DNA of 64,000 nt from Eledone cirrhosa (GCA_964016885.1 OZ024748.1:57226001-57290000); one strand, 5' to 3'; positions 15,046 to 30,265 are shown, numbered from the stretch's first letter. Numbers and translations: made by a program. The notes: generated from the sequence alone by a model not told the origin.

Positions 15046-16467
15046 AATAATAATAAATGTGAAGACTAAAATCCGAAGAGGGCTCGATAAGGATAATATA
15101 TATATAAATGTATATAAAATCTGTAGAGCAAATATTTATTAAAATAACAGATTAAAGTTTAAGCAAAGAATCACTGCTTTCATCCTTAACGGGATCTTCT
15201 GAAACTCCCGTCTTCAGAAGATCCCGTTAAGGGTGAAAGCAGCGATTCTTTGCTTAAACTTTAATTTGGTATTTATATATATATATATATATATATATGT
15301 TTGTGTGTGTGTGTGTTTGCATGTATATATATATATATGTGTGTGTATTTGTGTGTGTGTATGTTTGTGCTCGACGACGAGGGTTTATGTTCAATCAACG
15401 GAACAAGCTACTCCTAATATGAACGTGCAACTGGCTGAGCTTTCCAAAATTAAGGAAGTTCTCAGGAAGATTTAGTGTAAACCTGTACGTAAAAGCTGGT
15501 CCTGTTGAAACGACAAGAGCTCATCCATAGGGGTCCTGACTCTTTATAATTTAACCATACTCTACTACCCTAAGCATTGGGAACCCTATTGATAATGGTC
15601 TAAACAGTTTCAAAAAGTATCCATCCTCATTCATATATATATATATTTATACACAAAGATAGAGAGAGAGATTGCTAAATAGATATATAGATGTGTGTGC
15701 GCGCGCGTAGGTGTCTGTGTGTGTGTGTGTGTGTGTGTGAGCGTGAGTGCGTGTATAATCAGTTAAAACAGTGGCATATGCAGATGCTTAAGTTTCGTTG
15801 GGTTTAACACCAATTCATTCAGTCTGGCATACGGTATATATATTACTGCCTGATTATGCAAGTCTTTAGTAACCCTGTTTTTTTTTCTATTAATTCCAAA
15901 GAGGCGGCCTTTCTTCTAAAGGGACTTAATTTGAAACAGAATGTTACGCCCAAATCCTCTGACCCTTACCTATAACCATATAATACAAAGTACAGCTAGC
16001 TTTTAACTGACGGGAATAACATACGTCATTTCAAAAGAGAATACGTATATAATGTTTAACGGAAGCTACAAATTCTGGACACGTCAGCAGTTTCTTTTTT
16101 CTTTTCCCGTGAAGGTGGAGGACAAAGTGCATGTTGGTTTCAAGGCATTTTGTTAGCTTGTTTTTGTCTTTTATTTAACGTATTTTTTTTACCGTTCTTG
16201 TTGATTTTGTGGGGTTTTTTATGGTGAGTTTAGGGTGTAAGTGATGGGGCTGTTAAGTTAATGACCTTCTTAGTTTAGTGCTAGTGGTAAGCAGTACATA
16301 CATTCCTCCCAGCTAGCTAAAGTGTTAAAAATTTACATTAATCTTTTAGGTTTATTTAATAAGGAAGGAGAGGTTTATGTGTACTTTCTAGTGATACTAA
16401 TTCAATTAGACGATAACCTTTCTTTGACAAATTTGTGACCTTTGCGGGTAGAAGGCTGCCCCCATAT

Positions 16468-16512
<45 letters not shown>

Positions 16513-16782
16513 ACACACATACTGGAAAACACTTACAAACGTAAAGAAACAAACGGAAACACACAGTTGTGTTAATTTTTTCTACTTTTGGCACAAGGCC
16601 AGCAATTACCCACCGCGGTTAACTTTGCCTTTCATCCTTACAGGGTCTATAAAATAAAGTACCAGTAATGCACTGGTAATGCTGGCCTTGTGCCAAAAGT
16701 AGAAACAATTATTATAGATATCAATCTACTACTGTAAATAAATGTGTTACGTTAAAACTATATTAAAACTATATATATATAA

Positions 16783-16842
<60 letters not shown>

Positions 16843-16965
16843 ATAATAAATGTGAAGACTAAAATCCGAAGAGGGCTCGATAAGGGATATATATATATAT
16901 ATGTCCCAAGGCTCTGATACCATCAACACTATAAACATAGAGCTGGCATATCTAAGAACTGACTA

Positions 16966-17021
16966 ACTGCCTGATGAGGTCATAGCCATTCAATGGCTAT
17001 TATCGAAATATATATAGCAGT
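16966..17021 (+). ncRNA. Type I hammerhead ribozyme
   Basis: ACTGC-CTGATGA-GGTcATAGCCAT/ATGGCTATtATC-GAAA-TATATA-TA-GCAGT; AUA cleavage after 17016. Confidence 0.85.
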
Positions 17022-17062
17022 AAATAAAGGATTATGAGTTCATGCAATTGACTTATGTTTCG

Positions 17063-17123
<61 letters not shown>

Positions 17124-17614
17124 GTGTGTGTTTGTAAAATATATATATATATAAAACCCGTAGAGCAAATATTTATTATAAGGACAGATTAAAGTTTAAG
17201 CAACGAATGGCGCTGCTTTCGCCCTTAACGAAATAAGTAAATATTTCGAAAAACGCTACAGCCGAAATGAAACAGGAAGACGATACTTTCTTTTCGTAAC
17301 AGGTCGACAGAAAATCCCGGTTCGTAGGGAAGTTACGAGGACACTGAGATCTCGAAGAGTGTCGTGTGATTGTTAACAAACGTGACCATATGTTAATTAC
17401 TTCGTACAACTTTCTATTGCTAGACCTACGTCAGTATGTACGAGACAATATGAGTTACAAGTTGAAGGTATGTACAATAATTGTTTCTACATTTGGCACA
17501 AGGCCAGCAATTAACCAGTGTATTACTGGTACTTTATTTTATCGACCCATAAGGATGAAAGGCAAAGTTAACCTCGGCGTACAATAATATTACCGTAACG
17601 TGTGTTTGTTTCTT

Positions 17615-17654
<40 letters not shown>

Positions 17655-17993
17655 GTGTGTGTCCCCCCCCCCCCCCCCCACCCCCCCAAAAATACACACT
17701 TCAACAGCATTCTAATAAATATTACCTGTACAGGTAATCAAAGTGTGTATACATATTTTTGGAACACCCTATATATATATATATATATATATTAGAAAGT
17801 AAGGTTGTTTTTTTTTACAAAATGAAAAATAACCGAGGTGTCCTACACGAGTAAAAGTATAAAGAAAAAAAGATGAAATCGAAAATGCAACTGGAGTCTT
17901 ATTTTTTTTCGGTTCCTTTACCGGTTTCGCAGTTCTTCTGCTTTTCAAAAGTAGAGTTGAGATGGAGGGTCTGTGGTTTTTCTCACATCTGAG

Positions 17994-18083
<90 letters not shown>

Positions 18084-19662
18084 TACAGAAACGAACGAGG
18101 AAGTTTCGTTTACATATAAAAAATATTTATTATGTATCGACCTTCTATATATGCATATAAAATAATATATAATAATAATTATATAAATATATATATATAT
18201 ATAGAGAGAGAGAGATAGAGAGAGAGAGAGATGTACTCAATTGAATGGAAAAGTAGTGCCGTACCATGATCTGAACTCAAATCGTATTGGGCCAAATTAA
18301 ATATTCAGACCAACACCTCAGTATACTTTCTGCTATAGACTGCCTGCGAATGAAACATCCCTGAAGAATCCATAATTGTGGATATACTAATTGTATAGTT
18401 AACCATATTCACGCAGGACAATTAGTAAAAAGGTCCGGGCTGTGTCAAGCCCGTCTTTTTTTATGAATGCATGACTAGCTTTGGCTTAAGATCTCAAATT
18501 CTGATAGAGGTGTGAGGGCGTTGTCATGATATATGGCGTGTCTTTGGCCCCTAAACCTAGTGGATTATCCTTTTTTAAGACAGAAGTGTGAAAACGGAGT
18601 TGGTATATACAGAGTGTCGTTAGAATGTCGGGTAGAATGTTTTACTGATTTCCTGACGGCTTTCTCTTCTGTCTGAATTCAAACCTCACCGAAGTCAACT
18701 TTGCCTTCCATCCATTCGATACCAATATAAAAGTATCAGTTCGATACTGGCATCCATTCTTCCTCTGTCTCTCTCTCTCTCTCTCTCTCGCGCTTTCTTC
18801 TTCTCTGTAAGAAATTGGTTTAGTTCAAATCTGAAGAAGGGGTGAACCTTGTCCGGTTTAAAATGCGCAAAGCGTGCCATTATGGTGTCCTTACAAATAC
18901 ATCAGAAATTAGGGGTCCATACATACATACAAAATGTAATCGAAGGGATGTTTGGACATCTGTTTCTAGAAGGTTTCATCAACAATATAAAAGCTACCCT
19001 TGTTGACTTCTGGTTAATCATATACTCTACGCCTATAGCCCAGTGTAAAATATCCCCTCTCACAATACAGTGGAAGATTAACATTTCTAAATAAGTATTA
19101 GTATTAATCAAACGAAATAGCACGTAGGTGATTACTGGTACTTAGAAAGGAAAAACAAACAAAGATGTAAAGAAACAAGAAGTCCAAAAATATCCTTCAC
19201 ATGTCGGGTAAAACATGTGGCGATGGCATCAGCTAATTTGTAATGCCAACATGATGAATGAGATTCTGTCAAACGCTGTATTTCACTCTGTGCTTCGGTG
19301 AAAGAACGAAAGATCACTGATTGCTATTTCACACCAAAATCCGTTTATTTCTCGTTTAGACTTCTTTGGACACTTAGATATTTATGGGAAAATACGGTTT
19401 TGCATGGTAGGAACAAATACAAGAATACAGAGAGAGTATGTGTGTGAGAGAGATGGCACGAAAGGGTGTGTGCATATATGTGAGAGAGTGAGAGAAAATG
19501 TAAAGCGAGTGAGGTAGAAGGAAGAAGGGATATAGTGCTAGTTATCTTTTAAAGTTATCTTACTAATAGCTAGGCAGATAGATGTAGGAATAGCTATCAA
19601 TCTATTAGTTAGCTAGGTAAACTGGGCGAACTAGCTAAATGGAGGTATTCATGGAGAGATGG

Positions 19663-19712
<50 letters not shown>

Positions 19713-19871
19713 ATGTGTGTGTGTGTGTTTATATATATATATATATATATATGTTTATGTATATGTGTATATATATTGATATAGATATATATGTATATGT
19801 ATATATGTATGTTTATATATACGTATATGTGTGTATATATAATTATATAATGTGTGTATCTGTGTGTGAGG

Positions 19872-19910
<39 letters not shown>

Positions 19911-20049
19911 CATGTACCTGGCTAGAATAAGTAGCATATTGACCGGGCAGAGAGATAAATAGGGTCCTAGGTAACTAGGTAGGTGGTTAGGAAGATATAT
20001 AGATAATTTTATAGTTTGATTGTTAGATAGAAAGATAAGTAAATAGAAA

Positions 20050-20077
20050 GACGTGTGTGTGTGTATATATATATATA

Positions 20078-20126
<49 letters not shown>

Positions 20127-20350
20127 ATATATATATGTATGTATATATATTTGTATATATATATATGTATATATATATATATGTATATATATATGTATAT
20201 ATATATATGTATAGTAATAATAATAAAATTGAAGACTAAAATCTGTTATTTTAATAAATATATATATGTATATATATATATGTATATATATATGTATGTA
20301 TATATATGTGCATGTATATATATGTATATATATATGTATGTATATATATG

Positions 20351-20390
<40 letters not shown>

Positions 20391-20392
20391 TG

Positions 20393-20443
<51 letters not shown>

Positions 20444-20466
20444 GTATATGTATATATATATATATG

Positions 20467-20497
<31 letters not shown>

Positions 20498-20614
20498 GTA
20501 TATGTATATGTATATATATATATGTATATATATATGTATATATATGTATATATATATATGTATATATATATATGTATATATATATATGTATGTATATATA
20601 TATATGTATATATG

Positions 20615-20681
<67 letters not shown>

Positions 20682-20730
20682 GTATATATATGTATATATA
20701 TATATGTATATATATGTATATATATATATG

Positions 20731-20762
<32 letters not shown>

Positions 20763-20850
20763 TGTATATATATGTATATATATATATGTATATATATATA
20801 TGTATATATATGTATGTATATATGTATGTATATATATATATGTATGTATA

Positions 20851-20883
<33 letters not shown>

Positions 20884-21006
20884 ATATATATATATGTATG
20901 TATATATATATATATGTATGTATGTATGTATGTATATATATGTATGTATGTATGTATATATATATATATGTATGTATGTATGTATATATATATGTATGTA
21001 TGTATT

Positions 21007-21041
<35 letters not shown>

Positions 21042-21390
21042 ATATATATGTATGTATATATATATGTATGTATGTATGTATATATATGTATGTATGTATG
21101 TATATATATATATGTATGTATATATGTATGTATGTATATATATATATATATGTATGTATATATATATATATATATGTATGTATATATATATATATATGAA
21201 TGTATGTATGTATGTATTTATATATATATATATATGTATGTATTTATATATATATATATATGTATGTATTTATATATATATGTATGTATGTATGTATATA
21301 TATATGTATATATATATATATGTATGTATGTATGTATGTATATATATATATGTATGTATGTATGTATATATATGTATGTATGTATGTATG

Positions 21391-21426
<36 letters not shown>

Positions 21427-21688
21427 TATATATATATCTATGTATGTATATATATATATCTATGTATGTATATATATATATCTATGTATGTATATATATA
21501 TGTATGTATGTATGTATGTATATATATATGTATGTATGTATGTATGTATATATATATATCTATGTATGTATGTATATATATATATCTATGTATGTATATA
21601 TATATATCTATGTATGTATGTATATATATATATCTATGTATGTATATATATATATGTATGTATGTATATATATATATATATATGTATG

Positions 21689-21721
<33 letters not shown>

Positions 21722-21866
21722 ATATATATATATATATGTATGTATATGTATGTATATATATATATATATATGTATGTATATATATATATATATGTATGTA
21801 TATATATATATGTATGTATATATATATATATACATATGTATGTATATATATATATATATATGTATG

Positions 21867-21897
<31 letters not shown>

Positions 21898-21945
21898 GTA
21901 TGTATATATATACATATATATATATATATATGTATATGTATGTAT
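20050..21945. repeat. About 1.9-kb compound (TA)n/(TATG)n microsatellite
   Basis: Direct reading; source of the 631-aa IY/MY pseudo-ORFs. Confidence 0.97.
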
Positions 21946-22033
21946 ATTGAATGGCTATGACCTCATCAGGCAGTTAGTCAGTTCTTAGATATGCCAGCTC
22001 TGTGTTTATAGTGTTGATGGTATCAGAGCCTTG

Positions 22034-22040
<7 letters not shown>
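21946..22040 (-). mobile_element. Inverted, truncated copy of the 16902-16994 element; hammerhead cut off within stem II
   Basis: Near-identical reverse complement of 16902-16994, flanked by (TA)n and (TATG)n. Confidence 0.8.
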
Positions 22041-22102
<62 letters not shown>

Positions 22103-22406
22103 GATAGATGGATAAACGCAAACGATCATAATAATAGTCGATCTCTATCAATAATAGTTGAGAAAAATTGTATTAACTACCCCTGGCGACTGAAAAAAGT
22201 TGCCAGTGGTACCTGTCAGGAATCGAACTGTGCCTCATTCGGATGCCGGGTGAGGTGTTAACAGAAAGACACGGAGTTCGAATGTTAGACGACATCTTTG
22301 TCTCTGTTTTTTTCTATCAGCAGGTGTATATTATTCGATTTGTAAAACTATTATTAAAAAAATGTTTCCACCTCTTCATACTTCAAACCTTATATATGTA
22401 TATATA

Positions 22407-22466
<60 letters not shown>

Positions 22467-22870
22467 TGTACGTGTGTGATGTGCTTCATAAGGTAACCGT
22501 AATATAAATGTATATATATATATATATTTACATATATATAAATATGTAACCAAAGATTAATATAATTCATTGATTACTCATTAAATACAGTTTTACAATA
22601 GATTAAAAGCACTCAACAAAGAAATATTCCTGGAGTTTTAATATTATTCAAAATATTAACAAATGAAGATATTCACATAATCAAAATATATGCATTATTA
22701 TGTATATTTCGAAGGTACTGTGTTTTGTTTTTTTTCAAGTACACACACACACATATATATATATTTATTAAAATAACAGATTAAAGTTTAAGCAAAGAAT
22801 CGCTGCTTTCACCCTTAACGGGATTTGATATATATTTATCCTTATCGAGCCCTCTTTGGATTTTAATCTT

Positions 22871-22912
<42 letters not shown>

Positions 22913-23451
22913 GTGTATACGTATATATAAATATAAATGTCTATATACATGTATATATGTGTGTATGTTGTATGTGCATGTATTTGTGTGTGTGTGTGTG
23001 AGAGAGAGAGAAATGGGGGGGGGGGGGCGAAGAGAGAGAAGAAGAGAGAAAGAGAGATAGACAGCCAGAGTGAATCACAGCACGCATACATATACATTTA
23101 TGAAAGGTGTTTCCTTGTGTGTAACAAAACACACGATGAAGCTGTCCAATTGTTGCTATGAACAACTAAAACGTCCTACACCCCCACCATCACCATCACC
23201 ACCAGAGTAAGTATGAAAGGAGAAAAGCGATATAAAAAAGCAACAAAGAAATAGAAATATTTTTCCATGTTCGTCTCAAGCAATTCACTTGCTAGCCACG
23301 TTGTGGTTTATGGAAGAAAGTAATTATCGCAGAAATAACAATTTTACTGAGACATGATTGAAAAACCGAATTATACATATGTGTGTATGTGTGTATATAT
23401 GAGTGTGTGTGTGTATGTATCAGAATGTGCGTCTGTTTGTGTGCATAGATA

Positions 23452-23508
<57 letters not shown>

Positions 23509-23879
23509 GTGTGTGTGTGTGTACTTATCTATATATATATAAACATTCATACATATAGATATAGATATATATATATATATACCTTTATATATACATATAT
23601 ATATATATATACCTTTATATATACATATATATATATATACCTTTATATATACATATATATATATATACATATATATATATACATATATATATATATACAT
23701 ATATATATATACATATATATATATATACATATACATATATATACATATATACATATACATATATATACATACATATATATATATATCTACATATATGTAT
23801 ATATATGTATATATATACATATATGTATATATATGTATATATATATATATACATATATGTATATATATATATACACACA

Positions 23880-23902
23880 TATATATATATATACAGTATA
23901 TA

Positions 23903-23941
<39 letters not shown>

Positions 23942-23947
23942 TATATA

Positions 23948-23990
<43 letters not shown>

Positions 23991-24173
23991 TATATATTCA
24001 TATATATATATATATATATATATACAGTATATTTTCATATATATATATATATATATATACAGTATATATTCATATATATATATATATATATATATATACA
24101 GTATATATTTATATATATATATATATATATATATACAGTATATATTCATATATATATATATATACAGTATATA

Positions 24174-24222
<49 letters not shown>

Positions 24223-24257
24223 TATATATTCATATATATATATATATACAGTATATA

Positions 24258-24350
<93 letters not shown>
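23880..24350. repeat. Satellite of (TA)n interleaved with CAGTATATATTCA
   Basis: About 12 units visible. Confidence 0.9.
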
Positions 24351-24353
<3 letters not shown>

Positions 24354-24520
24354 TGGCTGCCAACCCGTTTTCGAGTACGGCCACTACTTTATATCCATGT
24401 AGGAAAACCCATAACGAGCGTGACGTGTAAAGATTGAAAACAGTCGGTTGGGTGCTTCTCCTGTTTTAGGGATTCAAACTCACACACACAGACAGACATC
24501 CTCAGTTTTATATATATAGA
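24351..24520 (-). mobile_element. Non-autonomous Helitron-like element; partial copy at 2232-2300 and a similar 5' end at 44934 (+)
   Basis: 5' end TCTATATATATAAAACTGAGGATGTCTGTCTG after an A; subterminal hairpin CTCG-AAAA-CGGG; terminal CTRR eroded. Confidence 0.6.
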
Positions 24521-24672
24521 TATATCTATACTGTACATATATATATATAATACCTATATATGTGTGCAGGAGTGTACAGGTATCTCTTTGTGTACCTATT
24601 TACATAGTACGCATACAAAAACGCATATACACGTTCACATAAACATCTATATAAGTATATATACAAACATAC

Positions 24673-24704
<32 letters not shown>

Positions 24705-25338
24705 ATATATATATACATATGCATACATGCATGTGTGTATCCGTGAAAGTCTATATATACATATACATACACATACATGCATGTTTGTAAACGTGATAGT
24801 ATATATAGATATATACACACACACATACATGCATGTATGTATACGTGAAAGTATATAAATATATATATATGTATACACACACATACATATATGCATGTAT
24901 ATATTCGTGAATCCTATTCCGTCACTCCTTTATTGGTTAATTTATGGAGGTAAGTTATAAGAAAAGCCCTCCCTTTCCTCTACATATTCTTGTATAGATA
25001 TCATATAAGGGTAAAAGGTGATTTGCAGCCATATATAATATCTTTGTGTGTAATAAACATACATTTTGTCTCTGTGCCCTTTCTCTGACAGGTCATGAGC
25101 TGAGGAAGGGAGCTATGTTAGGTCACTCGATCTGCTAAAGTTACCAAGAATGTCTCTCTCAAATCATATTCCTACATTACCGTTTTAAAACTGGAAAGAC
25201 CCACCAGGTAACTTACTCTTACACACGTATCTATCTATATATATATATATACGTAGGTCCCGGGTTGAGTCGGGGATAACCACAGTAAGTAAGGTACTCA
25301 ATACATGGCAGAGTAAAGTTTTTTTTATTTTATAGAAG

Positions 25339-25391
25339 GAGCTTCTACAGGACTAGTACTGTTTCATTCAGATGAAATCTTCAGGAAGCCC
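25339..25391 (-). ncRNA. Type I hammerhead ribozyme
   Basis: Minus strand GGGCTTC-CTGAAGA-tTTCAtcTGAAt-GAAA-CAGtactagtcCTG-TA-GAAGCTC. Confidence 0.8.
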
Positions 25392-25451
25392 ATATATATA
25401 TATATGGTATTGAGTACTACCTTCGTCAGTAAATCACAAGTCTACTGAATC

Positions 25452-25495
<44 letters not shown>

Positions 25496-25561
25496 GATTC
25501 AGTAGACTTGTGATTTACTGACGAAGGTAGTACTCAATACCATAGATTGATATATATATAT

Positions 25562-25747
25562 AATTGTTTCTACTTTTGGCACAAGGCCAGCACATATCCA
25601 GTGTATTACTGGTACTTTATTTTATCGACCCCGTAAGGATGAAAGGCAAATTAACCTCGGCGGGATTTGAACTCAGAATGGCAAGGGCCGTAACTCAATG
25701 CGTCAAAGCATGGTGTCCGACTCCCTAACGATACTGCCAATCCACCA
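25562..25747 (-). mobile_element. tRNA-derived SINE with a Deu/Nin-like central domain
   Basis: A box TGGCAGTATCG, B box GAGTTCAAATCC, body TTTGCCTTTCATCCTTACGGGGTCGATAAAATAAAGTACCAG. Confidence 0.85.
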
Positions 25748-26709
25748 CTCTGATGGTGATATATATATAATATTTATGTACTATGTATATATATGTATTT
25801 TCCTGCTCTGTTAAACACCTGATGTTCTTACATTGAGCTATTTCTCTTACTGGTAATAGGGTAGTAGGAAATCACCACCTTTCCTCTTTATAGTTGTTTA
25901 TACTATATACATAACTATAAATAGTATTATTGCCGAGGTTAACTTTACCTTTCATCCTTACGGGGTCGATAAAATAAAGTACCAGTAATGTACTGTGTAA
26001 TTGCTGGCCTTGTGCCTAAAAATAGAAACAATTATTATATGTATGTATATTTATGTATATATCTATGTGTGTGTGTTTGTGTGTGTGTATGTATGTTTGT
26101 ATGCATATATATGAATGTATGTATGCATATATGTATATTAAATGGCAATAATAGGCAGTGTATTTCATCAACTGATTTGTAATGAAAGAGAGAATGGATA
26201 AATATTTTGGAAAATATATTGGGTTTACAGAGATATATCTTTGTTATATAATGGCGTGAGGAGGTGCTATATACTCGAACGACTTTCCCTTGACAAGGAA
26301 GGGCTATTGTTTTTCCACTGTTAGGTGGTTAATACGAAGAATTTTGTATGGGTGGACGCGGTTGAAATGTTTCCAGGCAAACAATTTCTTCAAAATACAC
26401 ACCTTAATAATTTTCTTCAGATAAAACCTGAGAAGGAAGGTGAGTATCAGGTAGAGGTACTGCTACATTTCCCAGTAAATGTACGAAAAGGGTGTGAGAA
26501 TGGTGACATTGGAGACATTGCCATGGTAACTGGACTTATATTTACTGTTGCATTAGTTTGGCGAGAAGAACTAGAAAATAAGATAAGATTTTGTTATGTC
26601 AGTGTATTCTGGTATTCTTTGTGAAGTATTCAAGATAACTATCTCTCTATCTCTCTCTCTATATATATATATTATATATATATATAGACGTGTATATATA
26701 TATATATAT

Positions 26710-27132
26710 AGTAATAATAATAAATTTGAAGACTAAAATCCAAAGAGGGCTCGATAAAGATAAATATATATCAAATATATAAGAACCGTAGAGCAAATAT
26801 TTATTAAAATAACAGATTAAAGTTTAAGCAAAGAATCGCTGCTTTCACCCTTAACAGGATCTTCTGAAACTAACAAAGTCAATCTTTAAACGCAGAAGTG
26901 GATATTTCAAAAAACGTTGCAACCGGAGGAAGACAGGAAGACGATACTTTGGTTCGTGGAAACGTTCCCTGGCAAAGAACGGGAAAAAACGAATATAATA
27001 CGTCATTAATAGGAGCGGTGAAAAACTATTTGCGGTGAAAATATTTGCTCTACGGTTCTTATATATTTGATATATATTTATCCTTATCGAGCCCTCTTTG
27101 GATTTTAGTCTTCAAATTTATTATTGTTACTA
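26710..27132. mobile_element. (TA)n-associated non-autonomous element with about 90-bp inverted ends; partial copies at 15043-15270, 16838-16890, 17155-17400, 20212-20260, 22762-22876 and 27360-27480
   Basis: Shared gaagactaaaatccRaagagggctcgataa and aaagtttaagcaaagaatcgctgctttcacccttaac blocks; always abuts (TA)n. Confidence 0.8.
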
Positions 27133-27242
27133 TATATATATATATAGGTACCTCCCCGTATATATAACAAAGATAAAAACACAATCGGTACAGTATATGG
27201 AAGGAATATATTAGGTTAACTATTGAAATAGCAGGAAGAGGG

Positions 27243-27278
27243 TCTTAACTTTTCGTACCCTAGTCCTTCATCAGAAAA
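27243..27278 (-). ncRNA. Decayed minimal Penelope-type hammerhead
   Basis: TTTT-CTGATGA-AGGACTAGGGTAC-GAAA-AG-TT-AAGA; stems II and III mutated. Confidence 0.4.
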
Positions 27279-27566
27279 AGTGTGTGCGTGTGTATAAGTA
27301 GTAGTAGTAGTAGTTGTAGTAGTAGTAGTAGTAGCAATAATATATCGGGGGGGGGGGGGGGGCTCGATAAGGGTTACATAAGTATGCATTGACCCGTGAG
27401 AGCAAATATTGATATATTAGCACAGATTAAAATTTAAGAAAACAATTTCTGTTTTCACCCTGTAACAGGATATTCTCAAACCCATATACATATACCTATA
27501 TACCTATATACATACACATGCATATAATATAATATTATATATATGTGTGCGTGTGTGTGTGTATGG

Positions 27567-27604
<38 letters not shown>

Positions 27605-27606
27605 AT

Positions 27607-27643
<37 letters not shown>

Positions 27644-27772
27644 TTTGTGAGAGTCATAATGCCAATAGAAAATCTTGCTAACCAAATGCATAAACGAAAT
27701 AAATGTACTTATATATATATGTGCGTGTGTGTGCGTGTGTATATGTATGTATATATATATATATATGTGTGA

Positions 27773-27816
<44 letters not shown>

Positions 27817-27967
27817 GTGTCTGTCTGTGTGTGTATTTATATAATATTATTACATTTTGGGAGGGTCATGCTATCAAAAGAAAATCTTTCAAAACAACCG
27901 CAAAAATGATATATATATATGATATTATATGTCATTTTATATATATATATATATATAAAATGATATA

Positions 27968-28010
<43 letters not shown>

Positions 28011-29504
28011 TACATGTATATCATATATCCATATACATATGATATGTGCCACCAATGGTGGATTCAAGTCTTTAATGTATGCAGAAATTAGGGATGAATA
28101 GAGTAAATCTCTCTTGAATATGGCAAGTTATTCCACCCAAGTAGATATTTAATAGCTTCTCTTTGTCCCAATTCAATTTTCCGTTGAGTTCTCTATCATA
28201 GGTATTCCAAGGTGGGTTTTCAAAATCTAAATAGGTTTATACATTTGTAAAAGGGTTATAAATGTGTTTGCGTATTTAAAACTTCTTATTATATGCATCA
28301 TTGCATTTGCTTTCGTTTTTTTAGAGATATTTCCAATAAATGTTTTTCTTTCTAAATTTCAAATTTATTTTAAATCAATATATATAAATATTATATATAT
28401 ATATATATATACATGCATACATATATGTGTGTATGTATTCATATATATGTATATATTATATATATACACATTTATATATGTATGCCTTCATATATATGTG
28501 TTGATATATATATGTGTGTGTGTGTGCGTGTGTGTGTGCGTGCGTGTGTATGTATGTGTGTGGGAGAGAGAGCAGTGAGAGAGGTGAATCTAAAGATTAA
28601 ACTAAAACCGATAAAATGAAGTAGTGGCGATGGCGGTGGTGGTGGGGAAAATCTTTAAGATTATTAACATGGGAAGATTTTAAATGGAAATAAGATGGAA
28701 TGAGAAGAGAAAGTGCTACTCCTGCTGCTGGTGCTGATAGTAGTGGTTGTTGTGGGTCGATGGTGACGGTAATTTATTTTATTGGCCTCAAGGACCAAAG
28801 ATGTTGAAGACAGGACATAAACGAAATACGTAGCAAAACAAGGAATAAGATAGGACGGAGGAAAATGTTTTCTCTTTGATTTTTAACTCGCAGTTGAATC
28901 CTTGAGGGTCTTGAGCAATTAAAACTGGTTGAGTTTATCTCCCTCCAGATAGAGAGGGGGGGAGGGCAGAGTGTGTATAAGAAAGTGGGATGAGATAGAG
29001 AAACAGAGATAGAGAGAAAATGGAATGAGAGAGGGCGTGGGTTTGCAATCATAAGGCAGTAAGTACGATTGCCGGACTGGGTGATGTGTTGTGTCATTGA
29101 GCAAGACCCTTTATTTCACCTTGCTCCAGTTTTTACTCAGTTATAGAAATGAGTTGCGACGTGGGTGGTGCAAAGCTGCCTCAGCCTTTGCCTTTCCCTT
29201 GAACAACATCGATGTTGTGGAGAAAAGGAGACATGTGTGTATGGGCGACTGCTGCTCTTCCACAAACAATCTTGCACAGACTTGCGCCACGGAAGGAAAC
29301 TTTCTAGGTGCAAACCTCATGGTCATTCATCACCGAAGTGGGTCTTTACATCTTTACCTCTTTACCCTAACTTTAATAGGAAAATTGCCATATTCAAGAA
29401 AGGTTAGATCTATTCATCTTCAGTTTTTACATGGTTTGAAGACTTAAATTCATCACGCTAGGCAAATATCGCGCGCACACACACACACACGCACACACAC
29501 ACGC

Positions 29505-29598
<94 letters not shown>

Positions 29599-29706
29599 GG
29601 CACTAGACAATTGTTCCTCATCATACACTCTCATCTCGGGAACACTTTTGAATGGCGCCAGTTCGTGATTTGAACTCTGGAATTTTATATTCTCCGAGCG
29701 AAAAGA

Positions 29707-29791
29707 ACCCTCTGACGAAAGTCTTTCTTCTCAATGGATTTCCGCATGGATTATCCATTTATTTTAAGACTTGAAACCACGCGGTAAGGGT
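29707..29791 (+). ncRNA. Type I hammerhead ribozyme, apparently intact
   Basis: ACCCT-CTGACGA-AAGTCTT...AAGACTT-GAAA-CCacgcGG-TA-AGGGT; internal AATGGAT/ATCCATT hairpin; GUA cleavage after 29786. Confidence 0.85.
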
Positions 29792-30186
29792 AATTACAGC
29801 AGGTAGAGTGAACTTTTTAAAATTTATTTTAAAACTTTTTCTTGTTTGCTAAACCTTGATTATATATATACATACATATATATGTTTGTGTGTGTGTATG
29901 TATGTGTTTATACGTGGGGGTACCTATGTGTGTATATATATATATATAAAGAGAGAGAGGGGAGAGAGAGATACACAGGCGCACGCACGCAGTGCAGATA
30001 ATCTCTGTAAACCATTCACCAACAGAGAATAGATAAATAGATAAGTGGTGGTTGTGGTGATGGCAGTGGTGGTGGTGGTAGTAGTAGTAGTAGTAGCTGT
30101 AGTAGTAGTAGATTACTGATAGAAACAGGTTTGAGTAATAGAAATTTAAAGATTTTGAGAAAAGTATATTTAAAAAATACACACAA

Positions 30187-30265
<79 letters not shown>

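Noticed and set aside
18355-18400. CTGAAGA followed by an ATCCA/TGGAT hairpin
   Set aside because: GAAA and stem I missing; not a supportable hammerhead
18810-19330. Coding-looking unique sequence with short ORFs
   Set aside because: Stops in all frames, no recognisable homology and no consistent splice sites
20055-21988. Long ORFs of 631 and 564 aa, and all other IY/CV/HT/LS/ER-rich ORFs
   Set aside because: Translations of dinucleotide and tetranucleotide microsatellites that lack stop codons
22207-22280. tRNA-like sequence on the minus strand (AGTTCGATTCC...ACCA)
   Set aside because: Acceptor and D stems do not close; likely a decayed SINE head rather than a tRNA gene
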